A stretch of 63,123 nucleotides of DNA, counting the filler, from Nemertoderma westbladi (Eukaryota; Animalia; Xenacoelomorpha): assembly GCA_032718475.1 (NCBI GenBank). It is 3 parts of 3 records of this genome, joined end to end, with 100 filler letters (N's around TTAATTAATTAA, not from the genome) between each part and the next. Parts side by side here need not be neighbours in the genome. Positions count along the whole stretch, not along the records: positions 1 to 21,598 come from JAUCBJ010008371.1; 2 more parts are not named here. One strand, written 5' to 3'. The notes below the pieces were generated by a model. The model ran no database searches. It was not told where the DNA came from and saw nothing but the letters and a program-made list of their open reading frames with translations. Below, piece after piece: positions 1-10,736 of this stretch. The translations under genes were made by a program, and so were the position numbers. The first letter of the stretch is position 1; every line of letters begins with the position of its first letter.

Positions 1-1702
1 TACTAATACCCCTGTAGCTGTTCGGGTCAGTTTTCGCCCCCTTCCCCTTGTAGAGCGGGATGAGGTAAGATGTGAGCCAGTTGAGAGGACATGTTGCCGT
101 AGCAAAACATACTGACAAAAGCGTAAATATAAAGGGCAAAATGTGTCCGAAGCCACACTTTAGCGCATCACTAGTCACACCGTCTGGACCTGCGGCTTTA
201 TGAGATTTCTGATTATTGACTGCTTCTGTTACTTCATGGTCTTCTATTGGTTTGTCAAGGTGGGGATCGGGTTGGGCATCAAGAGTCGGAAGTATTGGTA
301 ACCTTTTAGCAGTCAGTAGTTTCGAGAAGTGTTTCTCCCATTCCTCCTCTGGGACTTGTTGTGCCACTGATCTTGGCTGTAGTTTGGACCGCATGATTTC
401 CCAGAAGGATTTTAAATCGGATTCACAACGATCGATAATCAGTTGTTCTTTCTTACTTTCGAATATTCTTCTCTTTGCTCTGATCAGGTGTTTGTAATCT
501 CTCTTTAGTGATGTATGGTGTTCTCTGTTCTCCAGTGTTGGCGTGGCAAGGAGTGTGCGATGGCATTTCTTCAATTCCTGATTGGCAATGTAGCACTCAC
601 GGTCGAACCAAGGCTTCGATTTCCTCATTTTCTCTGTAGATGTTGAGGTCGCAATTGATGTAGTGATGTACTTGCAGGCGTGTTCGACTCCTCGGCTAAG
701 TGCGTTCTGGAAGTCAGATAAGTGTAACAGGTTTCCCAATCTGTCCGTGTCGATTTTCCGAATTGCAGGGACACGTGTGTCGCGCTGGGTTGTCCTTTGG
801 TTTTTAATTTCAATCAGCACTCGCTCGTGCTTCGTGTTCAGTGCAGCTTTTACTGTGACATTGACTGGGTCTATAAAGTCTTCTTCTGAAAACACTAGAT
901 CGATTGTGCTTCTTCCATTCCAGGATAGGTAGGTAGGAATGCTAGAGTCAGATAAACAAATGAAGCCGGCTGCTTGAAGGCCGGCGCATAGTAGCTCCCC
1001 CCGATCATTTGGCGCTCCTTGGTCGATCCTGCAGTTCAAATCTCCAGCTATAAAGGTTGTGTAATTCGATTTCGCACGAATACAGTTAATAGCTGCCACC
1101 AGTTCAGACAATATGTCTTCGACATCGTACTTTGGCGGGAAGTAACAGCAGAGAAATACATATTGTGCTACTTCAATGGCGAGCGCTGTAGGACTTGAGA
1201 AAATCTGTTTTTGAGAAGATCCTACCCTGGTGTTTACTGCGATTGTGATTCCACCACGGGGCCTGCCGCGATCAGCTTTCTCGCAGGGAACGTTGTGACA
1301 GGTGTAACCATCTATTGTTAGATCAGATTCCATCGTCTCGGTTAGTAGCAGAATATCTGTTTCACCAAATGTATCATCCACGGTCGTTTCTATTGTTGAA
1401 CTTGCTCCTTCAACATTCCAGCTGATAATGGATATTCCACCTGATAAGTTTGTTCCATTATTATATGATTCGGTATGAAGTCTTTTAAAAGGTAGTTCAT
1501 TGAACAGCTGTATGGCCAGGCAGGCCTGAAAGCGACCACACAGTTTTTGATGTTTGATAAGGCTGCCAGTGTAACAGTATGATTTGCTACATCCTATACA
1601 TAGTTTAACATTCGCGTGGTTAGGATTATTATTTATAATTGAAGAGTCTAGAGTACCTGTAGCTGTGTGAACTGGAGCGGACGAGGTGTTGGGAACACCA
1701 TG
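1..1702 (-). CDS. LINE ORF2 (C2HC zinc finger + APE endonuclease + start of reverse transcriptase), runs off the left edge
   Basis: Hand translation in the ORF1 frame: CIGCSKSYCYTGSLIKHQKLC, ISWNVEG, LLLTETM, GRPRGG, IAGDLNC, STIDLVF, KAAGPDG, IPLYKGKGAKTDPNSYRGIS. Absent from the ORF track, consistent with no stop before position 1. Confidence 0.88.
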
Positions 1703-2596
1703 TCAATCCTGTACTGGGTGTGCGACCACACGACTTGGGAATTGTCGGGGCCGCATACCAAGCGAATCGCGTTCGGCATTGCTCAGTTTATAATTTCGGA
1801 TTATTATACCTCTTTCCCAAAGTGAAGGGTCCATCAGTGCTTCCCGGTTGTCCTGAGTGCCAATAATGTGGAATGCACAAGACGTTGATTCCTCCCAGAT
1901 AGGAAGACGGATTACCTGTTTAACTTCTATGGATTCGCTGTTTAGGTAGTTACTGATTTGTTCGGCTGTGACCGATGGGTCAACTCGGCCAATATAAACG
2001 TGTGCGCTACGCGGTGTGTGTTCTGACTGCGGGTCTGTGGCCTTTGAGTTCGCGCGGGTTGCTGCCTTTATGTCTGAATCATCGCGCGATCCTGTAACTG
2101 GACGAGCGGTTTGGTTATTGAAAGCCAAATCTTTGGTGCGTCGGGAACCTCGTTGGTTGCCTTGCTGGACCAGATTGTGATGTAATTCCGTTATTGATGG
2201 GTCTTGGGTGGCTGGAATGCTATTTTGGGTACGGGTTACAGATCCGTGAACTTGTTGCTGTCTGGATGGATGGGTTTTGGATACCGGGAGGGTACTTGGA
2301 CGGGTCGAAGATGTTCCACTGGTCAAGGCGTTACTATAGGAGGTTCTGTTGTTAGTAGCGTTTTTTAATCGCATCAGTTCGTCCTTAGCCTCGATTGTTT
2401 CTTTTCGAGCGTCGGCTAGGTCGGAGTTTACTTTCGCTATATCGCCAAGAGCAGCGACGAATAGGGTGTTCATTGTCATTAGACGATCCGAAAATAGTCG
2501 CTCGTCGTCGTTTGAGACACTCTTTTTCTGCTTAATCGACCTTACGAGGTCTATCATCTCATTGTGAACAGCTGAAAATTCTGTGGCTCCAGTCAT
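1703..2596 (-). CDS. LINE ORF1 (coiled coil + C-terminal RRM-like domain), 297 aa
   Basis: Heptad-rich N-terminus; AHVYIGRVDPSVTAEQISNYL...WERGIIIR resembles LINE ORF1 RRM; lies directly upstream of an APE-RT frame. Confidence 0.8.
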   Translation of the reverse strand: MTGATEFSAVHNEMIDLVRSIKQKKSVSNDDERLFSDRLMTMNTLFVAALGDIAKVNSDLADARKETIEAKDELMRLKNATNNRTSYSNALTSGTSSTRPSTLPVSKTHPSRQQQVHGSVTRTQNSIPATQDPSITELHHNLVQQGNQRGSRRTKDLAFNNQTARPVTGSRDDSDIKAATRANSKATDPQSEHTPRSAHVYIGRVDPSVTAEQISNYLNSESIEVKQVIRLPIWEESTSCAFHIIGTQDNREALMDPSLWERGIIIRNYKLSNAERDSLGMRPRQFPSRVVAHPVQD

Positions 2597-2862
2597 AGTT
2601 TATTCCTGTATTCTGTTGATTCTGAGTATAAAATCACAAGTCAAATAATAATAAATAATAATACAGCTAATACGGTATGTCAGTATGTTATAATTTACAC
2701 ACGCAATTGGGAATACTACAGTATACTGCTGTTCTGCATACCCAGTGGGTAAAACATCAAATAAAACCCGTAATGCAATGTATGTTAGCGTATATCTATA
2801 AAACGATAGAAGTGGTGTTTGAGTTAATATAATTTAAAAATAATAAAATCAATGTAATTAAG

Positions 2863-5800
2863 TTAAGAGCATTCAAATTCGAGCTTAAATAAGTGAGTTT
2901 TAAGTAATTTTTTAAAGATGACTACATTTGGAGCCGAACGGATACCCATGGGCAAAGAGTTCCAGATTTTAGGAGCAGCAACGGAGAAAGATCTCCTGCC
3001 GTAGCTTTCGAGGTTATAGCGGGGAACTTCAAGCAGGCATTGACTCGATGAGCGTAGTTGGCGCTGGGGTGTGTACGGATGTAGTAGATCAGATAGATAG
3101 CTGGGACCAATATTGTTCATACATTTGTAGGTAAGCAAAGCTATCTTGAAGTCTATTCGACGTAATATAGGAAGCCAATGAAGTCTCTTTAACGCTGGTG
3201 TAATGTGTTCAGTCTTACGTGTACCAGTCAGTAGGCGTGCGGCAGAATTTTGAACATATTGAAGTTTCTTTAATACGTTCCATGGCAAGCCGAAATAAAG
3301 CGCATTATTGTAATCGAGTTTGCTGGCTATCAAGACGTGGATGAGTACTTTGAGAGTCTTTTTATCGAAGCAATGTTTGACTTTCGAGAGGTTGCGGAGT
3401 TGGAAGAATGCTCCACGCACCGTCATTGAGATTTGTTTGGTGAAACTCATATGTTTATCGAAAATTGCTCCAATGTTGCGTGCAGAGTCAGTTAACTCTA
3501 CCTCTTTATTTCCTACCGTCATATGAGTTGGTGAAATTATCTTGTTAGCAAACTGAGACTGCAGCACTAAAATCTCGGTCTTTTCAGAGTTCATCATCAG
3601 GAGATGCGATGACATCCACCGTTTTATATCGTTTAGACAAGTAGTGGTAACATGGACGGCACTCGAGATGTTAGAAGGTTCAAATGCAATGTAAACCTGG
3701 GTGTCATCTGCATATAAATGCAATGATAATCCATGTCTTTCTATCACTTTACTGAGCGAACGCATGTAAATGGTGAAGAGCAGGGGGCCGAGAACCGATC
3801 CCTGTGGGAGTCCATAAAGTAGAGTCTTCTTTTTTGAGTACGAATTCCCAATCCGAACTGACTGGCACCTATTGGCTAGGTACGATCGGAACCAATCCAA
3901 TGCCATTCCAGTGACGCCGATTTCATTTTCCAGAATGTTTATTAAAATGGAGTGCTCAACAGTATCGAAGGCTGCACTCAGATCGAGCAGGACTAACAGT
4001 ACTGCGGAGCCATTATCAATACTTTTTAGGACATCGTTATTTACCCGTAGTAGCGCAGTTTCAGAGCTATGCATCTTTCTGTAGGCACTTTGGAATGGGT
4101 CGTTAAGCTTATTCACACACAAATGTTCAATTAACAATTGCGCTATAACTCTTTCAGTTAACTTCGAGATGAACACCAGATTGGAAATGGGTCGGAAGTT
4201 CTTCAAGACGTTCGGATCGAGTTTTACTTTCTTCAGTACAGGTGAAATCACTGCCTCTTTAAATGCTGATGGTACCGTCGCGGTCATGATAGATAGATTA
4301 ATGATAAAAGTTATTATTGGTAGGAGCACATTCAAGGAACACTTAAGCAGTCGTGTTGGAATTGGATCATTTGCACTTGTTTTTGATTTCGATTCATTTA
4401 TTAAGTGTCCTACAGCCTCCTCAGACATTTCAGGAAAAATATCAAGAGGCGGAACATTTGAGTTATTTGATACTACGATTGGTGTGGTTTCAGCAACTGG
4501 AGTTGGTAATGTATGATCCTTTCGGTCAATATGGTCAGAAGGTGTGTTGTTGGCACCCCCAGTAGTTAATTCTGATTTAATTTCATCACGATAGTTGTTG
4601 ATCTTTATCTCAAAATAATCAGCAAATTCATCGGCGAGAACTTTGTCTGAATCATGCTCAGGTAATTTATAAACTTGCTTGCGGTGGAGAATCTTATTAA
4701 CGATCTTGAAAAGTTCACCAGTGTCACCTTTAGAGTCAATCACCTGGGTACGATAGTAGTCCTGTTTTACACGTACAATAGTAACAGAAACAACTTTACA
4801 TTGCTCCCTATATATTATTAACTGTGATTCAGTCTTGCTTTTCCTATATCTCCTCTCCAGTTTTCTCCGTAGCTTTTTTTGTTTAACTATTTCATCATTA
4901 TACCATGGTGAATGCCCATTATTCGTAACCTTCTTTGCTACAATAGGCGCATGTTTATCAAGGATCAATTTTAGTGTGTCATTGTAGCAATTAACTATAG
5001 ATTCAATGTCAACATCCTGACGATTGAGTGTCATGTCGTATAAATCCGACCCCTCTATGTCATTACAAAATTGATCAATATTAATTTTTGATAATTTTCG
5101 ACAATTCATCGTAGTAGGATAATGTTTTGGCTTATCACAATGAATTTTAAAACATACAGAGAAATGATCAGATAACCCGATATCGTTTACTATTAGATCC
5201 GAAACAAGAGACCCGGAATCCTCCGTGGTTATAAGCAGATCGAGTGTGTGACCATGAATATGGGTAGGCTGTTTCACATGTTGAGTCAAGCCAAAACTGT
5301 TGAGAAGGTCACAGAACTCCACAGCATACTTGTCGCAAGCAACATCTATGTGAAAGTTGAAGTCACCCAATATAATTAGTTTTCCAGGTGATAATATTAA
5401 TTCTTCCATAAATACTGCAAATTCATTCATAAACGTTGATGGTGTACAACCATTGGTAGTAGATGGACACGTTCTGTAAACAACAACTAGTCGAAATACA
5501 TCACCATGGCACTGAAATATCAGATCTAAATACTCGAAATTTGAGAATGTAGTATTCTGTTTATTTGCATCCTTAATATTGAGCTGCTTTGCAAAGATGC
5601 ATGCTACGCCACCACCTCGACTCGTTGTTCGAGGAGAGTGATTAATTTCATAGCCGACCGGGCAAATGTCCTTAATTGTCAAATGATCGCTTTCATTCCC
5701 AGATAACCATGTTTCAGTGAACATTGCAATGTCTATCTGTTGATCAACAATAAAATCATTTAAGACGTCTGCCTTGTTGTTAATTGATCTCGTGTTGAAT

Positions 5801-6660
5801 AGACAAACAGTTACCGATATATCATGATCATTTACCACGAAGTCGGTCCTTGGATGGATGACAGTTAGGGCCACCGGGAGGGTAGCCGATGTGGGTGGGG
5901 CCAACAAGGGGGCAGCCGACGTTGGAGGGGCCACCGAGGGGGCAGCCCACGTGGGTGGAGCCATCGAGGGGGCAGCCGACGAGGGTGGGGCCACCGAGGG
6001 TGTAGCCGACGTGGGTGGGGCCACCGAGGGGGCAGCTGACGTGGGTGGGGCCACCGTGGGGGCAGCCGACGTGGGTGGGGCCACCAAGGGGGTAGCCGAC
6101 GTGGGTGGGGCCACCAAGGGGGCAGCCAACATGGGTGAGGCCACCGAGGGGGCAGCCGACATGGGTGGGGCCATCGAGGGGGCAGCCGACGTGGGTGGGG
6201 CCACCAAGGGGGCAGCCGACGTGAGTGGGGCCACCGAGGGGGTAGCCGACATGGGTGGGGCCACCGAGGGGGCAGCCAACGTGGGTGGGGCCACCGAGGG
6301 GGCAGCCGACGTGGGTGGGGCCACCGAGGGGGCAGCCGACATGAGTGGGGCCACCGAGGGGGTAGCCGACATGGGTGGGGCCACCGAGGGGGCAGCCGAC
6401 GTGGGTGGGGCCACCGAGGGGGCAGCCGACGTGGGTGGGGCCACCGAGGGGGTAGCAGACATGGGTGGGGCCACCGAGGGGGCAGCCGACGTGGGTGGGG
6501 CCACCGAGGGGGCAGCCGACGTGGGCGGGACCACCGAGGGGGCAACCGACGTGGGTGAGGCCACCGAGGGGACAGCCAACGTTGGTGGGGTCCCTAGGAT
6601 GGTAGTCAATATGTTTAGGGCATTGTTTGAGTCAATCGTTGGAGTTTGGGTCGGGTGAAG
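2863..6660 (-). CDS. LINE ORF2: Pro/Ala/Ser repeat linker + APE endonuclease + reverse transcriptase
   Basis: FNTRSI, FTETWL, GDFNFH, GHTLDL, SDHF, LDLSAAFDTV, PQGSVLGP, YADDTQ, LHWLP. Open without stops from the ORF1 stop codon to 2863. Confidence 0.95.
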   Translation of the reverse strand, partial: LHPTQTPTIDSNNALNILTTILGTPPTLAVPSVASPTSVAPSVVPPTSAAPSVAPPTSAAPSVAPPMSATPSVAPPTSAAPSVAPPTSAAPSVAPPMSATPSVAPLMSAAPSVAPPTSAAPSVAPPTLAAPSVAPPMSATPSVAPLTSAAPLVAPPTSAAPSMAPPMSAAPSVASPMLAAPLVAPPTSATPLVAPPTSAAPTVAPPTSAAPSVAPPTSATPSVAPPSSAAPSMAPPTWAAPSVAPPTSAAPLLAPPTSATLPVALTVIHPRTDFVVNDHDISVTVCLFNTRSINNKADVLNDFIVDQQIDIAMFTETWLSGNESDHLTIKDICPVGYEINHSPRTTSRGGGVACIFAKQLNIKDANKQNTTFSNFEYLDLIFQCHGDVFRLVVVYRTCPSTTNGCTPSTFMNEFAVFMEELILSPGKLIILGDFNFHIDVACDKYAVEFCDLLNSFGLTQHVKQPTHIHGHTLDLLITTEDSGSLVSDLIVNDIGLSDHFSVCFKIHCDKPKHYPTTMNCRKLSKINIDQFCNDIEGSDLYDMTLNRQDVDIESIVNCYNDTLKLILDKHAPIVAKKVTNNGHSPWYNDEIVKQKKLRRKLERRYRKSKTESQLIIYREQCKVVSVTIVRVKQDYYRTQVIDSKGDTGELFKIVNKILHRKQVYKLPEHDSDKVLADEFADYFEIKINNYRDEIKSELTTGGANNTPSDHIDRKDHTLPTPVAETTPIVVSNNSNVPPLDIFPEMSEEAVGHLINESKSKTSANDPIPTRLLKCSLNVLLPIITFIINLSIMTATVPSAFKEAVISPVLKKVKLDPNVLKNFRPISNLVFISKLTERVIAQLLIEHLCVNKLNDPFQSAYRKMHSSETALLRVNNDVLKSIDNGSAVLLVLLDLSAAFDTVEHSILINILENEIGVTGMALDWFRSYLANRCQSVRIGNSYSKKKTLLYGLPQGSVLGPLLFTIYMRSLSKVIERHGLSLHLYADDTQVYIAFEPSNISSAVHVTTTCLNDIKRWMSSHLLMMNSEKTEILVLQSQFANKIISPTHMTVGNKEVELTDSARNIGAIFDKHMSFTKQISMTVRGAFFQLRNLSKVKHCFDKKTLKVLIHVLIASKLDYNNALYFGLPWNVLKKLQYVQNSAARLLTGTRKTEHITPALKRLHWLPILRRIDFKIALLTYKCMNNIGPSYLSDLLHPYTPQRQLRSSSQCLLEVPRYNLESYGRRSFSVAAPKIWNSLPMGIRSAPNVVIFKKLLKTHLFKLEFECS
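5870..6590. repeat. GC-rich 30-bp coding minisatellite (~24 copies) encoding (PPTSAAPSVA)n
   Basis: Unit ggcagccgacgtgggtggggccaccgaggg repeats in register in the 60-nt lines. Confidence 0.97.
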
Positions 6661-7881
6661 TCAGTCCGTCTGCCCTGACTCATTTACCGCTGACGGCAAT
6701 TCATAAATACTGTCGCTCATGGGGCCAGCGTTGTGACCCGACTGGTGTGAAGTACGTTTGCTGGAACGGGTGATAGATGCAGCGTCCACGACCGCACCAC
6801 GGTATATTATCCACTCTTTGTTGGGTTCCGCTATGGCCATGGCGCGCCGTTCTTGCCGGAGGAGATACTGAAGTTTGTTCTCTGCCGGGGTATAGTCTGG
6901 CGAAATGTATATATTGCCATAGCGATCAGAGACACGTAGCTTTCTGGCCCTCTTTAGTAGTAGCTCTCGCTTTTCTGTAGCTAGAGAGATGACGATTGGT
7001 TGTTGTACGTTTTCGCGCTGTTGTCCAACTCGCTTCGTTTTTATTTCCATCTCCTCTATATTTATATCCAGCCCTTTGGCGATATGCACGACTAATTGTT
7101 TGTCATTGTCGCATGAATTGGCGCCTTTAATGATAATGTTCGATTTACGTCGGTTCTGTTCTGCTTGCTCGTCTTTTATTTGTTTTGCTAGGAACGCAGG
7201 GTTAGTCACGTTGGGTTCACCATTAGGGTGCCGTTTACCGGTTTGTTTATTTCGTCGAGGTGCCCGGACCTCCTGCCAGTCCCCTTCGTCGCGGCATAAA
7301 ACATCATTCGGGAAGTTCGATTTCAGAGTTTCTAGTTTGCACTCAATGTCACTATGCTTAGTCTCGGTCGCATTACAGTGTAGTTCGAGTTGTTCTGTTT
7401 TCTGTTCCAAGAACAGAATCCTGTCGTCCTTAGTAGACGATGCATCCTCTAGCTGTGTTATTTTATCTTCAAGTTTCTTTTCCAAGTCGCTCAGACGTTG
7501 GGAGATCCTGTTAATGTGTCTTGCTGAGCACTGTCCACAGTAGAAGTCAACCCGTCCCCATTTGGTTCCGGGTTTGGCGATGCATATAATGGAAACGGAG
7601 CAGTTGGAACCGGAACAACCCACCTCGTACTCCTCTGTCTGTCCGCGGGAACGAGCAGTGTTCTCTTTCGTTCCGGTAGTGCTAAGACGTGGGCCGCCTC
7701 CCGGACCGGATGCCATGCTGCCGCGTCGAGATTTATCGTTAAGCGGTACCGGAGTTGTCCGCTGATCAGTTCTCGCATTCCGATCCGAACTCATGCTGCT
7801 GTGCTGGCTAATTTCCAGTTGAGTAACGTTGCAAATCCACTGTTGCAAATAACAATTTTGGTTATAATCAAGTATTATCAA
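6661..7881 (-). CDS. LINE ORF1 (Cys-rich PHD-like N-terminus, coiled coil, RNA-binding C-terminus); true start uncertain
   Basis: CSGSNC...FYCGQC, heptad region, RRKSNIIIKG, IYISPDYT resemble CR1-group ORF1; positioned upstream of ORF2. Confidence 0.82.
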   Translation of the reverse strand: MIILDYNQNCYLQQWICNVTQLEISQHSSMSSDRNARTDQRTTPVPLNDKSRRGSMASGPGGGPRLSTTGTKENTARSRGQTEEYEVGCSGSNCSVSIICIAKPGTKWGRVDFYCGQCSARHINRISQRLSDLEKKLEDKITQLEDASSTKDDRILFLEQKTEQLELHCNATETKHSDIECKLETLKSNFPNDVLCRDEGDWQEVRAPRRNKQTGKRHPNGEPNVTNPAFLAKQIKDEQAEQNRRKSNIIIKGANSCDNDKQLVVHIAKGLDINIEEMEIKTKRVGQQRENVQQPIVISLATEKRELLLKRARKLRVSDRYGNIYISPDYTPAENKLQYLLRQERRAMAIAEPNKEWIIYRGAVVDAASITRSSKRTSHQSGHNAGPMSDSIYELPSAVNESGQTD

Positions 7882-8059
7882 TTATTATTACAGTTAGGTA
7901 CTTTCGCCTAATTAGGCGAATTCTACATCGCCTAAATAAGCGTATGCATCTAATCACAGAGAAAAATCATCTCAAATAACAATAAAAATAGAGAAAAATA
8001 ATAATGACAATATAATTCCTATAGCGGGGGGCAATCTCGACGCAAGTAAATGTTTATTT

Positions 8060-9160
8060 AATTATTATTATTATTATCGTACATATTGATTAAAACACAA
8101 TAGTACAGACAGATTAATATATGTATGTATGTATGTATGTATGAAAAAAAGAAGGAAAAAAATGAAGCAAAAATTAAGAGCACAAAAGAGGCCTAGATAT
8201 ATAAATGTATGTACAAAATAAGCATTAAACGTACCTAGTGAACAAGTCAACAGACAATATAATATTAGAACGTTGCAACGTAATTGCGCATATAAACTAA
8301 TTCATCGTAGCTGAAACCGGGAACCGTTAATTCATTAATGATTGCTAATGATAACTCGTTACAAATTAACGGACGCCATTCCTGTTCATCCGGAATTTCA
8401 ACGTACGATAAACGGCCTGCTAACATTGGTGTTATACAATTTAGGTCTGAAATACTACATTCGTTACCTATTCGTCTCAAATTCCTAACTGAAATTGACC
8501 GACAATCAAACATGGTTAAATTAGCTAATAATCTTACACATAACCGATCGCTATTCAGCACTGTGTCTTTAAATTTAACAAACCGTTTGCGAAGCATACT
8601 GTAAGGGTGTGGAAAATTAACTAAATGTTGCACAATAAACCTATGGCAAAGCCCAAACCCATCTGACATTGTTATTCCACGCTGTAAGAACTCTTCTACA
8701 ATTATCTGACGCTAAATCCCATATTGAGCTACCGTAAAAACTTGTGCAGTATAATTTCTGTATTTTAGTAATGCAACTGGGTACTGCGAATCGAAATTCA
8801 TTTCTTAGATTATCCAATTTCCCAATAACTGCGCCGCGTTTGCGGTCTATGTCGGTGTCGGTTGTACCTTTGAAATTTATAACATTCCCCAGATGCATTG
8901 CCTCTTTAACCCTGCTTAATTTATTCTGTATAATGTAATAGAACAATATGGTAATATGCTCTACGTAGCGAAAAATATCAACCGACCCTATTGAGGCTCG
9001 AATCCGGTACCTGGGTTTCAACCTTCCGGTTATCATGCTTAAAACACACCTTTTTATAAAAATCAATATGAAAATACTAGCATTTTCTTGTTCGATGTAA
9101 AGGCACCGAGTCCAACAAAGACATGTTTTTAAGACTTTTTTTAACACTATCAATGGAACC
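8060..9160 (-). mobile_element. 5'-truncated, frameshifted LINE 3' fragment
   Basis: HLGNVI, YCTSFYGSSIWDL, WNNNVRWVWALP (post-RT region) split over ORFs 8641-9162 and 8265-8669; (AAT)n tail at 8060-8076. Confidence 0.7.
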
Positions 9161-9702
9161 AAACTTTTTTGACGTTAAGATTGTAATTTTAATTAACTGA
9201 TTAATAGATATAAACCAGCACATAAAGTGTAGTTATACAGTAGAGAAATAACTTCAACTTGTATGGCAATAACAAAGAGTAGTAGCGCCTGGTACGGGAG
9301 TCAGGATACCAGCCCCCATCCAAATAGAGATAGAGAAGAAATAGAGACAATAGGCCTACAGGAGGTAAAGCTCCAACTGCATGTACATTTCATTTTATTT
9401 AGGCTAAACTTAACGAGACGGGGGGAAACTGGACGAATTAATATTTCGTCTCAAAGTTAAATTACCAATTTAGGGAAAGCTACAGGTTGCAGTGGCATGT
9501 TTATTAGTTTATTCTAACCAAAACAATAAACTAAAGTCAATAGAACAGATTACAGTTTTTTTAGTAATCAGCTGTTATTTACGTAAATTTTCCCCTGGAA
9601 AGAGGATAGGAATGAATTTTGTTTTCGTCGAAAGACCCCCCCCCCCCCCCCCCCCCCTATCTGAATTTAACACCAATGTGGTTGTGGTTTATGAAAAATA
9701 AC

Positions 9703-9765
9703 AAAAGAGCCTAGAACACCTTGTTCCCTGACGGTCTCCCATCCAAGTACAACTAACCAAGCTCG
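9703..9765 (-). pseudogene. 5S rRNA-derived fragment (3' half)
   Basis: Minus strand reads TGGTTAGTTGTACTTGGATGGGAGACCGTCAGGGAACAAGGTGTTCTAGGCTCTTTT, matching the conserved eukaryotic 5S 3' half (GGTTAGTACTTGGATGGGAGACCG...GGTGYTGTAGGCTTT). The 5' half is absent. Confidence 0.75.
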
Positions 9766-10736
9766 AAGTTTACTATTTCTAATTATTTCTAATTCCTCTT
9801 TATCAGCCTTTGGCCATTATATCGTATACATAGTAAATCAATACAGTAGGATTCTCTTCATTATTGATACAAATTGAATTAATAAATAACAGACATATCT
9901 AGAAAATAACTATCATCAAGACATATCTAGAAAGAAACACATATCTAATTATCTAAACAACAATCGCAACCAATTACTTTCAATCGAATCCCAACACTAA
10001 CAAAGCTCTTTATTCAATCTTGGTAGCCCAGGCTTCCTTAGATACAGTACCGGTACTGTACTGTATGTTACTGGGTGCGCAGCTTTGTGCCTAATTATTA
10101 TACTGTAACATTGATTTGACAGAGAACAAAAACACAGCTGATGCTGTTGTGTTTGTGTCATGTCTGATTGTCTCTGGTACCAGAGTGCCACTTGCAGATA
10201 CAGTATATGGAGCTGCACTTTCTTTATTAACTCTTTTATGCCACCCGCCCAGTACTAATCTCATACCTATCCTACAGTATAAATAAAGGAGCGAGTGGAC
10301 AGCAAAATGTTCCATTTTACTGACTGAGGCCTACATTTATTCCCATACAGTATATTTAGATAATATTTCACATGTCACGTATAAGTGTAAGTAGGCTTAA
10401 AACTTAATCACCCTCAAGGCGTTGTTAACTTCAGGTTTCAAACCTAACCACAGTATTTGTGTACTAAAAGTGTTGTGTTCTTGTTTATCCGCACTCTTGG
10501 TCTTTTAGTTGTAGGTTCTGATCATATTTATTTTCTTCCAATTAGTTTATTATGTGTATCATTTCGTAATAATAATAAATTTAGATGAGAAAAACACTAA
10601 GTGTTTAATCTTATAATTATTTATAATAAATAAAGATGTGAAGCCCTTTTTTCATATTATGTTTATTAATTTCATAATTTAGAATATTGATGTCTAGGCC
10701 TATGGATTGGATATTGTGTAGTAATAACAAATTGGT

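Larger units (their letters stand above)
2645..8040 (-). mobile_element. Apparently full-length L2/CR1-group LINE (boundaries approximate)
   Basis: ORF1 (6661-7881), uninterrupted ORF2 (2863-6660), short 3' UTR and (ATT)-rich tail near 2645-2662. Confidence 0.85.

Noticed and set aside
5858-6658. GGATEGAADV (+) and PPRWPHPRRL (-) repeat ORFs
   Set aside because: Alternative frames of the GC-rich 30-bp repeat within LINE ORF2.
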